In this document: piece after piece, positions 25,194-38,915 of the stretch
Numbering within the stretch: the stretch's first letter is position 1
Layout: each line of letters starts with the position of its first letter
Source of the DNA: Amoebidium appalachense
Taxonomy: Eukaryota > Protista > Ichthyosporea
Assembly (NCBI GenBank): GCA_963693365.1
Contig: CAVNZM010000001.1
Coordinates: forward strand, 504,097-568,096
Length of the DNA: 64,000 nucleotides
Direction of reading: 5' to 3'
Made by a program: the position numbers and the translations under genes
Notes under the pieces: generated by a model
Database searches by the model: none
Told to the model about the DNA's origin: nothing
Seen by the model: only the letters and a program-made list of their open reading frames with translations

Positions 25194-26049
25194 ACGCCCG
25201 CGTGTTAGAGCTTGGTCAGTTGTGGCTTTCTAAAGCCAATCAATACATCTAATAAACAGATCTTAGTCACGTGTGTTATATATTCAAGGATATTGTTATT
25301 GTTGGGCAAGTTATGTGTCTGGATGTCTGCCATGAACAGCTTCTGTCGTGTGTGTTCTGTGGTTTTTTTGTGGTCTATCAATTAGCTTCGGCTTTTTTTT
25401 ATTTTATTTATTTTATCACGTTTTGTTCCCGGAGGGCCTTTTCAGGCCCTCTAGGGAAACTATCGTCTACCACAAAGCACCGACAGTACACTAGTTTAGG
25501 TGCTATCTATGAGTTCAGCTAAGCTAAACCATCCTTCGTACGTACAACCTAACTATAAGTACACACTTTGCCCAGGGCTACATCATTTAGCTTCGGCAAT
25601 ATATGACCTTTTGAATTGGTGTGTGCCAAGATACTATGTTATTTGGGCATGCAAACCGCAGTTACGATGCAACCTTATACTTCTTAGATCTTCTACGGTA
25701 TGGAACGTGTACAGTAATAGCGTGGTACTACTAGAGGTCGATAATACCATCAGCTATAGAAAGACCAATTTTCAAGGAAGGCATTATGTATTAAGGTACA
25801 TTTGCGAGTTTCATATTTGGCAATGTGAAGGCGATAATCACTATGGAAAAAAAAAAGGCGTGTGGCTTAGTGTTTCAAAGATGTCTTCTTGCATCTGGTC
25901 TAGTGTCATGTGGTATCTTTTCCCATATGTTATAATGTGTGACTATATGGTGAGTCACATACAAGGCTAGGCCGAATATAAGATTACGTGGATTTCTGCC
26001 CTAGCAGGCTGGAATCTTAATACCCTTAGCCCAGCACAATCGTAAATTG

Positions 26050-26093
<44 letters not shown>

Positions 26094-26369
26094 CCCCCCT
26101 CCCCCCTCCCCGCGCAGCGGCCAGCTGTGTTATATGTTCCACAGTTTCTGTTCAGAAATTCGCCGTGTGTGCATGGCCTGTGTGTACGTGTGAATTCTCA
26201 CAGTGTGTACATGTGTTGTGGTTTGTGTGTCTTTGGCATGTGTGTTTGTGTGAGTCTTCAGTACTGGTACTACGTGTGTATATGTGTATCCCTGTGTGTG
26301 ATGTCTATGTTTGTGTGTGTGTGTGTGTGTGTTTGTGGCGTGTGTGTACATGTGCGCCTACGTGCGCGT

Positions 26370-26420
<51 letters not shown>

Positions 26421-26518
26421 ACTTTGTGGGTATATGTGTGTGGTCGGTGTGTGAGTGAGTGTGCGAATTGTGAACGGTTGCACATGTGTGTGTGTGTGAG
26501 CGCCCTTGTGTGCGTGTG

Positions 26519-26589
<71 letters not shown>

Positions 26590-26597
26590 CCGGGCCC

Positions 26598-26628
<31 letters not shown>

Positions 26629-27468
26629 AGGGGGGGGGAAAGGGAGGGGGGAGGGAGGGAGGGGGGAGGTCGTGTGCATCTACTCGTATCCGGTGCCTGT
26701 TCTTTCAAACACTGCTAGTTCGACACGTACAAGCCAAAAACTGGCGAACAGAAACTTGCATATTAATCTGCTTGCAAAAATCAAAAACAAAACAAGACAA
26801 CAGCAAAAAAGCAAAATCTTTGAAAGCCATTATAAAGCCCTAGTGTCTTGAATCTTTTCCAAACAACCAAACAAGGCAAGTGTATATCAATATTGTGTAC
26901 GGCTTTCATTTCTACAAGGAAGATTTTCGAAAATTCCACATACTGCATGCAAGTATGTGATCATGAGGGATTGTCCGGCTCACACTCTGGCCCGTGCATA
27001 CCCGGCAAAGCAAAAATATCACGCAGTGGTGACTTAAGCATTTCTCCCCCCCCCCCCCCCCCCCCCCCCTCCCCTCTAGATCTCCACCCCGTACTGGGCC
27101 CTACCGTGTCCGCCCCCCCCCCCCTCCCTCTCTCCCCCTCCTCCCCCCCCCCCCCCACACACACACACACAAACTATATGGACCCACAGCAATTGCACCC
27201 CAGAAAAAGGCCCCAGGATTTCAGGGGTAGAAGATTTTGGTGGTGGTACCGGTGGTGGGGGGAGAGGAGGAGGAGGAGGAGGAAGGGGGGGGGGGGGGGG
27301 GGGGGGGGGGCACGGGTCGGGAGGAGAGAGGGCAAGGGGAGTGTGTAACCAACAATGTTCTTCTACTTCCCTACAGAAATCGTCCATGTTTCAAATATTT
27401 AAAATCACCATGTTACAGGTTCCTATCTTCAAGGGTCGTGATTGGTGGAGAGGGGGCTGTAGAACACT

Positions 27469-27508
<40 letters not shown>

Positions 27509-28082
27509 TTTTGTATAACTAAGTCGGAATACTACCAGAGTGCACAGAGTGGTGTGACGGAACACGACCTAGAGAGAACACACTTGCAACCGGAGTCGTA
27601 AACAATTCTAAGCAACAAGACGACTGATGTATTTTCGGCTCAACATCAGAATTTAAACACAGGTCAAATCTGATGTTCGGGAACGGGCCGGAACCAATCA
27701 AATACAACTTGGGATCTATCGACTGATCTGCCGCATCTAGATGGAAGTCCGTTCCCCGGGGGGGGGGGGTGCGGCATGCCAGGAGCTACTACTAGAGAGA
27801 AGGGGGGGGTATGATTGGAGGGGGGGTGTTCAGCTAACCTTATATGGATAAAGCAAAGTTACAAGGATTCAAGCCATTGGTTGGGCAAGACCCCTTTTGC
27901 CGAATATGGATAACAGATCATACATTGCTGTAGGCGGCGGTCAGGAATTGGCGCGCTCTTTACTGGTCACAACCAGTCCGGGAAGGCCATGAGCAGCATT
28001 GCCGAGCACACTGGAATACGGGAATGTTTGCGGTAACGTAGTCGCACTAGGGGGGCAGGGGGCCAGGCCCCAAGTGTTTAAA

Positions 28083-29479
28083 ATGAAGCCAGGCTGCCCT
28101 AAGGGCACAACACAGCGCCCTGGGCATAAAACAGGCGGAGCTAGGGAGGGAGCTGGGCGCAAAAAAAAAGATGCTGCATTTGTTTAGCCTTTAGCGAACT
28201 TTGCAGGTTTTGGGACGGCAAACAAAGCTGTTTTGCAGGAACTAAACGTAAACGTACAACCCGAACAGCCCCCTCTATCTAAGGCCGCCGACATAAGGGC
28301 CCGTGTAGTTGAGGCAGGTAGCGTCCATTCGTTACCAAGAGAAATGGATCGGGCCCCTGCTCCACACCCACCAGACATACAGGTGCAACCCGACGAGGAA
28401 CCTTTGCTAAATGCAGCAGCAGATGCGTACCGGGTAGACGAGGATGAAGGGGAGGAAGAGGGAGAAGATAATACGGACGGGGATGACGGTGGAGAGGAGT
28501 TTTCTGACGCGGCGGGCGAAACAATCAAGTCGCACCTGCACACAGTGAAAGAGAGTCTCAAAGATGAGAAGACGCCTGTGGGGTGGCATCTTCCACCTCC
28601 CATTATAGGCTTTAAATTTGGGGGCGATCCAGCGCCTTTCTACAAACCCAGATGTTTTGCCTGGCTTCCGGAAAGGTTGTCTCCCGGTTTCATGGTGCCG
28701 TGCCCCTTCGATGATCACTACGTGGACCCCCACAACCACCCCAACCCACACCGTACTTCTCGCAATGGGTTCATGAGCAACCCCGTAGGACGGCGTGTTA
28801 TCGACTTTGACAGCTGCTACTACATTATCACGGCCCGGTACTTTTGTGACACATGCAAAAAACACTTTGCCGGCACAAACCCCCAGACAATTAAACGCCT
28901 TCCACTCTTCATGCGTGATCAGTTTCCGGCCTACCTTAGCCACCGCAGTGGGCTCGACCTAAAGGTGGTAACATTGTTGCGTGCACTGGCAGACAAAGGT
29001 GTGGGCCCAAACGCCTTTGCCACCCTCCTCTCGGAGCTCCACAAGCAGCGATACGACGAGCAGCGGCTCCTGTATTACTCGAGGGCGCTGCATTGGACCA
29101 AGTATGAACTCAAAAAGCGTAACGATTTCCGCCCCCACGACCAGCGCCTGACAGAACTTCCCCCAGAGGAGCAGGCGGCTAAGTTCTCGGCGTTTGGTGA
29201 CAAAAATGGTTACGCTGGACATGTGCCTTCAGGCAAGTGTGCACTGCATTTTGGGTGTGTAAATGGTCCCCATTGTTTTGTATGCACGTGCTTGGGCATT
29301 TTTTGGGTTGGCTTGGTAGGGTTTTGTTTTATTATTTTTTATTTTTTTTTTAGGGGGGGGGGGGGACTTGGAAATGGGTTTTGGAAGTGTGGTCAATAAG
29401 TTTCTATTATGGTGGTGGTGGATGTGTGGTGGTGGATGTGCGCCTGTGAGTGTGCGTGTACTTGTGGGTCCGTGTGTGT

Positions 29480-29510
<31 letters not shown>

Positions 29511-29766
29511 GGGGGGGGGGAGGGGGGACATGGTGATGGATTAGGTGGTGGTGGTGGCAATCAGTCATGGTGGTGGTGGTGGTGGTGGTGGTGGTGGGGG
29601 GGGGGGGGGGGGGGGGGGGAGGGCAGAGGGATCATCAGAGGGGTGAAAGCATAACGGTCCATGTACCAGTGAGTGTGCTTGGGAAATCGTGGAGAACTGT
29701 TATGCCTGAAATTAGATGGTGGGTGTGCGCATGTGTGTCTGTGTGTGTTGGGGGAAAGGAGGTGGA

Positions 29767-29804
<38 letters not shown>

Positions 29805-29988
29805 GGGCACATGGTGGTAGACTGGATCTTGGTGGCGGTACTTAATGGTTATTATAGTAGTGGCAGGAGGGTGTGGGGGGAAGGGCAAACGGACGTGCAG
29901 GGGACAAACTGCAGATGGGGCACAAAGGGGAAAGAAGGTGAAAGTTGGTGCAATGACTTGGAGGGTTTGCGCGCGCCGGGAGGCGGGG

Positions 29989-30022
<34 letters not shown>

Positions 30023-30717
30023 AACGGCCGGAGATGGGTGTGTAGCGTTTTTGAGATGGGAAAAGCCATACAGACTTACGAAAATACAGAGAGGTGAGAT
30101 GAACACGAGGGACTAGAGGGAATGGGGGGGATGGTCCTGATGGGAGGGTGGTGGAGTTCTAACAGTACTTGGGGTTCAGGCAAATACCTGAGTGCCGTGT
30201 ATACTGAGTTCAGCGACCGCACGGCAAAGTACCAGAGCCTGGACACGCAGCTCAAGCCCGTAAACAACGTGCTCAAGGCCGACCACACCTTCCAAATTGG
30301 GAAGCTCACCGGCATCAATGGGGAGCCTCTGTACCGGGGCCTATGGACTTGTGTAAACGAGCTTGGCGGTGTGTGGTCCCTCCTCTTCTCCCCCCTCCCC
30401 CCACTCTCCCCCAGGCCCCCTTCCCCCCTCCCCCCCCCCCCACACACGCCCCCACCCCCCCCCCCCCACACACACACACACACACACGCCCCCCCTCCCC
30501 CCCCCTCCCCCCCCCTCCCCCTCTAGGGCCTTTAAATCTCTTAGGCTCCACATTTAATGAGGTGGCACACTGTGAGTAGAGGTTTGTAGTATGTGGGTTT
30601 TGGGGACAATTCTTGCCCTGTCGAGCAAAAACTAGGAAGCTCCAGATATGTGTGTATGTGTTTTTGCTGGGTAGAGATTGGGGTGGGCTGGGGTGGAGCT
30701 TTCTTTTGGCGGGGAAT

Positions 30718-30767
<50 letters not shown>

Positions 30768-33466
30768 AGCTTCTGCCAAGCAGAATGGGAGTAGGGGCCA
30801 GTGATTGCAAGGGATGCAGGGGGGGGGGGGGGGGGGGGGGGAGAGACACCACCGTCGGGGTTGAAGGTAGAGAGGGCAAGAGGCCCGGGGTGGGGTGGGG
30901 GGGGGGGGGGGGGGGGGGGGGGACAGTAGGTGCCATATGGAGGGCTGTCCCATGGTTTGGGGGGAGGGGGAGTGGGGAAGGATCGTGGGCACATGGGTTT
31001 GGGGGGAAGGCAGAGAGGGGGAAAGGATTGTGATCACAAGGGTTTAGGGGGAGGAAGGGGGAAGGATTGTAGGTACATGGGTTTAGGGGGGGAGGGGGGG
31101 GGGGGAAGATTTTGGGGGAAAGGGAGGCCTGGGGAAAGTATGTGGGCACATGGGTTTGGGGGGAAGGAGGGGGAAGGGTTTTGGGGGAGAGGGAGGGGAA
31201 AGTATGTGGGCACATGGGTTTGGGGGGAGGGAGGGGGAAAGGATTGTGTGGGCACTGAAGTCTCGTGAAGGGCCATGTGGTAAGGGAAGCTAGAACATGC
31301 ATGGCTGCTCGGAGATGCCCTCTCACACAGTGCGGCACCCCAGAGATCCGGGCGCAGGTATTTACACGGGACTGCAGCCACCAGGAGATTGAGCCCGTGA
31401 TCCAGCGCATCTCTGCCACCACGGCGGCGCTCAACAGCAAGGGCCCGGCCTTCTTCTACACAGATCGGTGCTGCCAAGACCGGGCGTTTGTTGAGCGCAT
31501 GTTTCCAACCCTAGCCCGGCCAAAATGCCCCGTCCGTCTGAACGAGGCTGCGCTGGTAAGCGTGACGGACGGTCTGCCTGGGCTGGAGCTGCCGGCCAAC
31601 TACCCTAAGCCGGTGTACACCGACTGCCAGGGGGCGGTGGTGGCTACAGCGGCCATTCGTGCCGACCTGGAGGGGCAGCAGCACCGCGTGGTGGGGCTGG
31701 ACTGCGAGTGGGTCTATCGGGTGGGCCAGGCGCGGTCCAAGGTTTGCACGCTGCAGATTGCCACCGCACGGGCCGTGTACATCTTCCACTTGGCACGCAT
31801 GGGCCCCAACCACAGCCCGCCCGCGCGGCTGGTGGACGAGCTGATTGCGCTGCTTAGGGACCCCAGCATCATCAAGGTGGGCAAGCAGATCGGCACGGAC
31901 TCGGCCCACCTCAACAAGGACTACGGCACCCCTGTGGCCAGCTATCTGGAGCTGGGCCGGTTCTGCTATGCCCGTGCAGCTATCACCTCTGCGGCCCGGG
32001 GCTTGGCCGACATCACTGCCCAGGTCATAGGCAAGAAGCTGCCCAAGCCGGCACTTGTTCGATGCTCCAACTGGCACGAGCCGCTATCAGAGGTGCAGGC
32101 CACCTACGCTGCCCTTGATGCATATGCGTCCCTGCAGGTCTACTCGGCCGTGGTCGATAGGCCAAACCTGTCAGGTGTGTATCCCACCTGCTTTTTGCCC
32201 CAGTGCTTATGTGCTTATGCCAGATATAGAAAGATTGTGGGCCCCCCAGAGGAGAGGGGGAGGGGGGGAGGGGGAGGGGGGGGGGGGGGGGGGGGGGGGG
32301 TGGCTGACCACATGGGCCAGTGTTCCAGTTGTGTTATGCTGGGTGTCGGGTGGCTATCAAAGGAGGGGGTGATTGGTGGTGGTGGTGGTGGTGGGGGGGG
32401 GGGGGGGGGGGGGGGGGGGGCTATAGCACTGTTAACACGTGCAAGTGCCACACAAGCTGGGCACTGGGAGAGGGGGGGGGGGGGAGGGAGAAGGGGGGGG
32501 GGGGGGGGGGGGGAAGGGGGTTGCTAAGGAATATGCATTTGATTTTTGTGGAGCGAAGAGAAAAACGTTGGTGCTGTGGCTTTTTGGCTGAGTTTTTTGC
32601 TTCCCTCTATGACATGCAGCGCGGCTTCATGCAAAGGCACTCGGTGAAGGGGTTGAGATTGTGCCCCGGCGGGGCCCACATGCTGCAGCAGCCACCGGGG
32701 TGGTGCTGGCTGTGCAGCCGGAGCGCTGGGGGGGCATGAAGGTGGGCAAGAAGCATGCAGTGGTGCGGGTGGATCAGGTGCTGTCGCCGGCCATGCAGGT
32801 GCCCTTTGGCCCCGACAAGGGCAAGACCCTGGGAGAGCTGGGCCCGCCGCCCTTTGAGCTGATGGTGCACCTGCAGTGGCTACGGCCCATTCAGCCCCCA
32901 CCGGACCCAGGTGCCGAGGTGCCGGTGGTCCCTGACCCAGCCCCTCCCCCTGCCAGTCCTCCCCCTGCCGAGCAGCAGCAACCCCTTGCCGGCCCACAGG
33001 CACCCCCCCAGGACCCCCAGGCAGCCCCGGGGGGCCTTGAGGCAGCCCCAGGGGGACCCGAGGCAGCTCCCAGAGAGGGCATGTTGGGCCAGGCACCGCC
33101 TGGGGAGGTGGTGTGGCAGACTGTGCTGAATGACGCCTTCCACTCCATTGCAAACACGGCGGACGGCACGTACAAGTCACACCCCCGCAGGGCTGAGTAC
33201 GCACGCGCACTCAGCGAGGCAATATTTGTGTGGAATGAAGAGGATTACGGACATGTGAAGGTGCCCCCCCCCCCCCCCCCCCCCCCCCAAAATAAAAAAT
33301 AAAAAATAAAAATAAAAAAAACGGCAACAACAACATGCGTGACTGACGCGCACACACACATACACTCGTTAGCACACACTCACCATTCCACCCACAACCA
33401 TGCACACCTTCGACAAAACTTCTGAGGGAAGAGAGAGAGCCTGAGCCTCAGAGAGAGGGGGGGGAA

Positions 33467-33507
<41 letters not shown>

Positions 33508-34055
33508 GGGGGGAGGAGAGTGGGGGTTATTCATATGCCTAGAGAGAAATAATGTAGGGTTGTGGGGGGAAATAGCCACATGCATTTTTTACTTGTGTTG
33601 GGGGAGAAGATGGGGGGGGTGGAGGGGAGGGGTCCTACAATAACGGCAGGTATCAAAGTCTACCAAACCCAAATTGCAGTGTGCGTAGTAAATTAATATT
33701 GGCATCCTGCCTCACAGGGGGTGCTGGAGCAGAAGGGCATCGACATTGAAACCGAGCTCAAGGGCGGCGACCTGAGCTACTTCATGGAGCGCATCCGGCG
33801 GGTTATTCCCGACCCATACACGCTGGTCTCGCGGCTGGTGGAGTTCAAAAACACCTACAAGGATGTGCCGCCCGGACCGGATGGCAAGCCTCTGTTCAAG
33901 AAGGATGGCTTTGAAAGACTCGAGGCAACATCCCCCCCCCCCCCCCCCCCCCCCCCCTCCCCCTGCAGGCGCCCAACAACTCCACCACCACAGAAAAGAT
34001 TCTTCGCTTATTTGTCATCCTTGGTTCATCTGCACACACACGCACACCCTAGCCT

Positions 34056-34086
<31 letters not shown>

Positions 34087-34090
34087 ACAT

Positions 34091-34162
<72 letters not shown>

Positions 34163-34244
34163 CCCGCACGGCCCTTGCTGCCTAGCCAGTTGTTTTTTGC
34201 CTTTCCCTGCTCGTTTTTTTCCTTAGCAACCCCATCCCCCCCCC

Positions 34245-34293
<49 letters not shown>

Positions 34294-35942
34294 CCACCAC
34301 CACCACCCACCCATCTCTCTGATGTTTGCTTGTGCCCCCACAGTCGCTGCTCGAACACGCCCAAAATGGCTGTCTGTCGGACCCCCCCGGCCTGCCCCTC
34401 TACTACGAGACCACTGCCGACGCAGATGGGCTCATGCGCTACCGCTGCATCCGGGGCACCAACGAGGTGGAGGGGGCAGTGCACAACCCCCTGGCCACCC
34501 ACTTTGGGGCCACACGCATGTCGCTGCGCCTGCTGGACGCCACCATGTCCAATAGGCGCCACCGCCACAACCTGCGTGCACACTACCGCAACCGCCTGGG
34601 CCAGGCATCGGGGCCCCCCCACTACAGCCCCTGGATTGTTGACGACATGGAGGCACTGGCGCTGATGCTGTACGGCCATCACCTCGACCCCCAGTGGGTA
34701 CCCGTAGGCTGCTACAAGCTACCGGAGGAGTACTTCAACTTTGCCCCGCTCTCCTGTGTGGCCAATGCCCCGGCGCAGGAGCCAGTTGCGGTGCCCGCAC
34801 CCCCACCTCCGTCTGATAACATCGAGCCTGCAGCCAATGGCGTGATGGGCGGGCCAGAGGACTGTGAGGTCGAGGAGGGTGACGGTGCTGCCATGGGGGG
34901 GGGCAACCAGGTGGCGCGTGGTGCACCACAGCCGGACCCTGCACTGAGGGGCGACTACAAGTTCCTGGCGCAGAAGCAACATGTGGCCATCCCCTTCCTT
35001 CCGGTGCTTACCCCTCAGGAGCGCAAGCTATTCAGCACGCTGCTCCTGGGCACCTACAAGGCACATGCAAAGCCCAACGGCCAGCTGTTCGAGGCTTTGG
35101 CCCAAGACTTCAACAAGGCTGCCTCTGTGGCTGGGGGAATCTACATGAAGGATGCGGCCTACATCAAGAAGCATTTCGACAAGTGGAAGACCTGGCAGAC
35201 GGCACATGCACAGCGCTCCACACACGAGGGCCTGGCAGATCACCGCAAGCGTATGCGCGAGGAGAGGGCAGACGCTGTGCCAGCAACCATACGGCCTGCC
35301 CCCCTGCCACCCCTCCCTGTTCCAGACGGTGTCGATGCAGGGGCGCAGCGTGAGCGGCCCTTGCCCATGCTAGTGGGCAAAAAGCATCGCAACATTGGCC
35401 CTGAGGGGCCCCTGCAGATGGATTTGCCGGTGCCCCCTCCTATGCAGCCACCCCAGAGAGCCCCCAAGACCTGCAAGACGTGTGGCCGCCAGGGCAAGGG
35501 CTGCCCCGGCTCCAATCGGGCCAAGAGCTGCCCACGTTGGGTTGCAGCCAATCAGGATGCCATGCCACCAGCACCCGCGCTTGACATGCAGCAGGGCCAT
35601 GTGCCGCACATGCCCCCTGCACCCCATCCAGGCCCGCACCACCCACATGGCTGGCCCCCACCGTGGGGCATCATGCCGCCTCAGCCCGGCCCTGCCTTCC
35701 CCATGCCTGGGCTACTGCCGCAGCACGGTCCCCATCCTTACTTGGGCCATGTGGGCCAGCCCTCGGCTGGTGGGCAGTTCCCACCCCCTTCTCGTGCATC
35801 TGCTGTGCTGGGCCTGGCGTTGCCACCTGCTGGAGAGACGCAGCTGCAATGGCACGATCGAAAGCAAAGTAATCGTGGCCGCAAGTCTGCAGGCAGCCAA
35901 TCAGGATCTCAGAGTAGTCAGAGTAGCCAAACTAGTGTCTAA
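28083..35942 (+). mobile_element. DDE transposase-like gene with inserted WRN/DnaQ 3'-5' exonuclease; join(28083..29232,30180..30368,31344..32174,32620..33260,33718..33924,34344..35942), 1539 codons, one in-frame TAG at 28185
   Basis: Exon phases are consistent throughout. Motifs in order: GGAREGAGRKKK; YFCDTC...FPAYLSHRSGLD; LKADHTF (D1); NELGEIR; FYTDRCC (D2); exonuclease VGLDCEW / IGTD / YAALDA; LNDAFH (DxxH); RGTNEVEG (E); C-terminal CKTC..C..C finger. Element ends were not found. Confidence 0.75.
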
Positions 35943-36029
35943 TATTGGAATGTACACCAATGTAACGGATCTCATATGTGTTGTAGTGCTTCAAGTTATA
36001 CCTGTTCTTCGTACAGTCATGTTAGGGGG

Positions 36030-36065
<36 letters not shown>

Positions 36066-36391
36066 CTAGCTTTCATTCCGAAGTTTACTGTAAAGAATTA
36101 AAATTTAGAATCTGAGTAATAGTACAGAGCCTTTGCACTTTTCTCTGTTTGTTAGGAATTCTTTGTGATCGAGAGTATGGTGTGTTAGACTATTGGTGTT
36201 AATGTGTCCTGGAAGGTGTATAATGTCTGCTGGCCGTAGTCAGTATTTATTTTTAGGTATATAGTATATTTTTAAATGTTGGCCGCTGGCCAATAAATAG
36301 CAAATAATAAACACACGATAAAGTCAACAGCGTGCCAAAAAACTAATCCCCAGCGAGCGCACCCAGTGATGTGTGTGTGTGTGTGTGTGTC

Positions 36392-36453
<62 letters not shown>

Positions 36454-37518
36454 CGCGCGTGCGTGCGTGTGTGTGTGTGTGTGCGTGCGCGCGCGCGCGT
36501 GCGTGCGTGTGTGTGTGTGTGTGCGTGCGTGCGTGCGTGTGTGCGTGTGTGCGTGTGTGCGTGTGTGCGTGTGTGTGTGAGTGTGTGTGTGTGTGTGTGT
36601 ATGTGTGGTGTGGTGTGTGCGCGGCTTGTACATATGTACGTGTTCATGTGCACCTGTGTCGGACCTACGAAGTACATGAAAGTAAATTTTGACAGCATCG
36701 ATCTGCCGGTGTGTATGTGTATGTGTGCCAGTGCAGCAGGTGTGCCTTGTAACTGATAGCTTCGCATTTTACGTGTGTGTATATATAGTAGTACGCATAG
36801 ACACTTGCTGATCATTCGGATCGACATTAATATTTAATCTGTCGGTCCTCGGTTTTTTGAGTGAATGATGATCAAGTGTAAGAGCATTCACTTGGCAAGT
36901 ATTAATGTTGCAGAGGCTAGCTGCAGCTGCAAGCGTCGGATGCACACTGACAATTGTCTTTTCAGCGAGTCTAACCTGCAGGCAGCAGCTGCACACATAT
37001 AGGGTTGTTATCTTGCGGCACATGCACGGTGATCATTTCAGAGTAATAGAGTTCAGAGCAATGAAAATAATGAAAATAACTAAACTTTGTGACTACTTTA
37101 AAGTTGCTGAGATCATACGTGGTGCAAGCTGCACTATGAACACATGTATAGTGCTAGTAATTAATACATTTTTGTTGCCTTCTGCAGGGTTATCGTAGCT
37201 ACGTCACGGCCTGCACTCAGGGGGGGGGAGGGGGGGGGGGGGAGGGGGGATGATTCGAAGGGGGTATAAATAAGAACATGCACCTAAAGGTCTTTCCCGT
37301 GGATCCTCCCCCCCCTCCCCCCCCCCACCTCTCCCTCCCCCGGGGCCCCATACTATGATATCTAGGCCCAATATTATATGCCCCCTTCCCCCCCCCCCCC
37401 CCCCCTCCTCCTCTCCGGATCCCCGGACCCCACTTCCCTACCCGGAGGCTCAAGAGCTCCCCCTTCCCCTTCCCCCCCCCCCTCCCCCCCCCCCCCAAGG
37501 CTTACGGGGGCCCTTCTT

Positions 37519-37558
<40 letters not shown>

Positions 37559-37808
37559 GGGGGTGGGGGGGAGGGAAGTGGAAGGCGGGGGTGGATGCAT
37601 GTCAGCCTAGGTGAATTCAATTGTTTAACTCCAGTGTGCAGGACTGGTCTAAAGGCTTAAGAAAACAACGAGGAAATGGGGTCCAGTGGAGGTGGTGGTG
37701 GTGTTCTGTGTGTGTGTGTACACGTGCACGTATGTGTGTGGTTTTTTTAAGGGGTGAGTGGTGGTGGTGGTGGTGGTGGTGGTCACCGTGGTGGTGGTGT
37801 GTGTGTCT

Positions 37809-37881
<73 letters not shown>

Positions 37882-38780
37882 TAGAAAGAAAAACTGCTCG
37901 TGGGTCACTGTTTTTCGTCACTGTATTTGTAACGGGCCGCTCATATTTATATAACTACTTTAATTTAAGTACACGTGTTCATTATCATATACGATGGCCA
38001 AATATAGAAATTTTGGCGTCGAAGTTCTTGGAGCTAAAAAAACGTTTAAAAGGGGGAAATAATAGCTTGGCCCCAAATTTACCTTGCCGTTTTTAGCGAA
38101 TGTATTTTTTATTCATGAGTTCTAGTGATTCAGTGAGTGCACGTGCCTGCCTCAGGCTGATCATGACAACTGCAACACACCATTCCTACATGGATATCAA
38201 CCAAAAGAAAATAGTATATACTGTGGTGGTCTCCTAAACCTTGTGCGGCATGCGCATACATGATATTACAGTGACGCATGTGCATATTATTGTTCTGTAC
38301 ACCGGAGTGTGCCGGTGCACGTGGCTGTTTTGTGCACATGTTACAATAGCAGCACGATCTCCCTAAACTCCATGTTTACACATCCCTCACCCTGGCTCTG
38401 CCTTGTCGGTGCTCCAAAACACACATACAAATCCCCCTAGACTCAGTGCCTGCACATGGTCGCATTCACGTGCAGGTCACGTGACACATGCGATGCCATA
38501 CTGCCGTCTACAGCAACAACCACGGCAGCATGTATACCGGCCCAGCACGAAATATACTTATCGGCAGCCCACTGAACTCGCCCATTTTCTCTTTTTCATG
38601 TATGTCCCTCCTTTTTTGTAAAATCACCCTTTTTGGCCTCCCGGTAGTGGATTTTGCAGGATTTGACTTCTTTGAGGTCCAAAAACCTCAAATTTTCCCC
38701 GGCGGGGCCGGGGAGGGAGAATTCAAAAATTGCCCGCTCCTGATATGGTACCCGGGCCGCTGCGCTACAGTACTCTGTTG

Positions 38781-38852
38781 CTAACGTTAACACGTACTGA
38801 CGTGTTGCCGTACGTGCGACGTTATACATGTACGTCCCTTTTAAGTAATTAC

Positions 38853-38883
<31 letters not shown>

Positions 38884-38915
38884 AAGAAAGGAGACACCGC
38901 CTCAGTAGGAGGTAG
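38781..38915. mobile_element. Short non-autonomous element, CTAAC...GGTAG termini, internal poly-A, 9-bp TSD ACTCTGTTG
   Basis: TSD at 38772-38780 and 38916-38924; a homologous copy lies at 50517-50640. Confidence 0.8.

Noticed and set aside
26112-38765. 11-bp inverted match gcgcagcggcc / ggccgctgcgc as TIRs of the transposase element
   Set aside because: The match does not extend and the flanks show no TSD.
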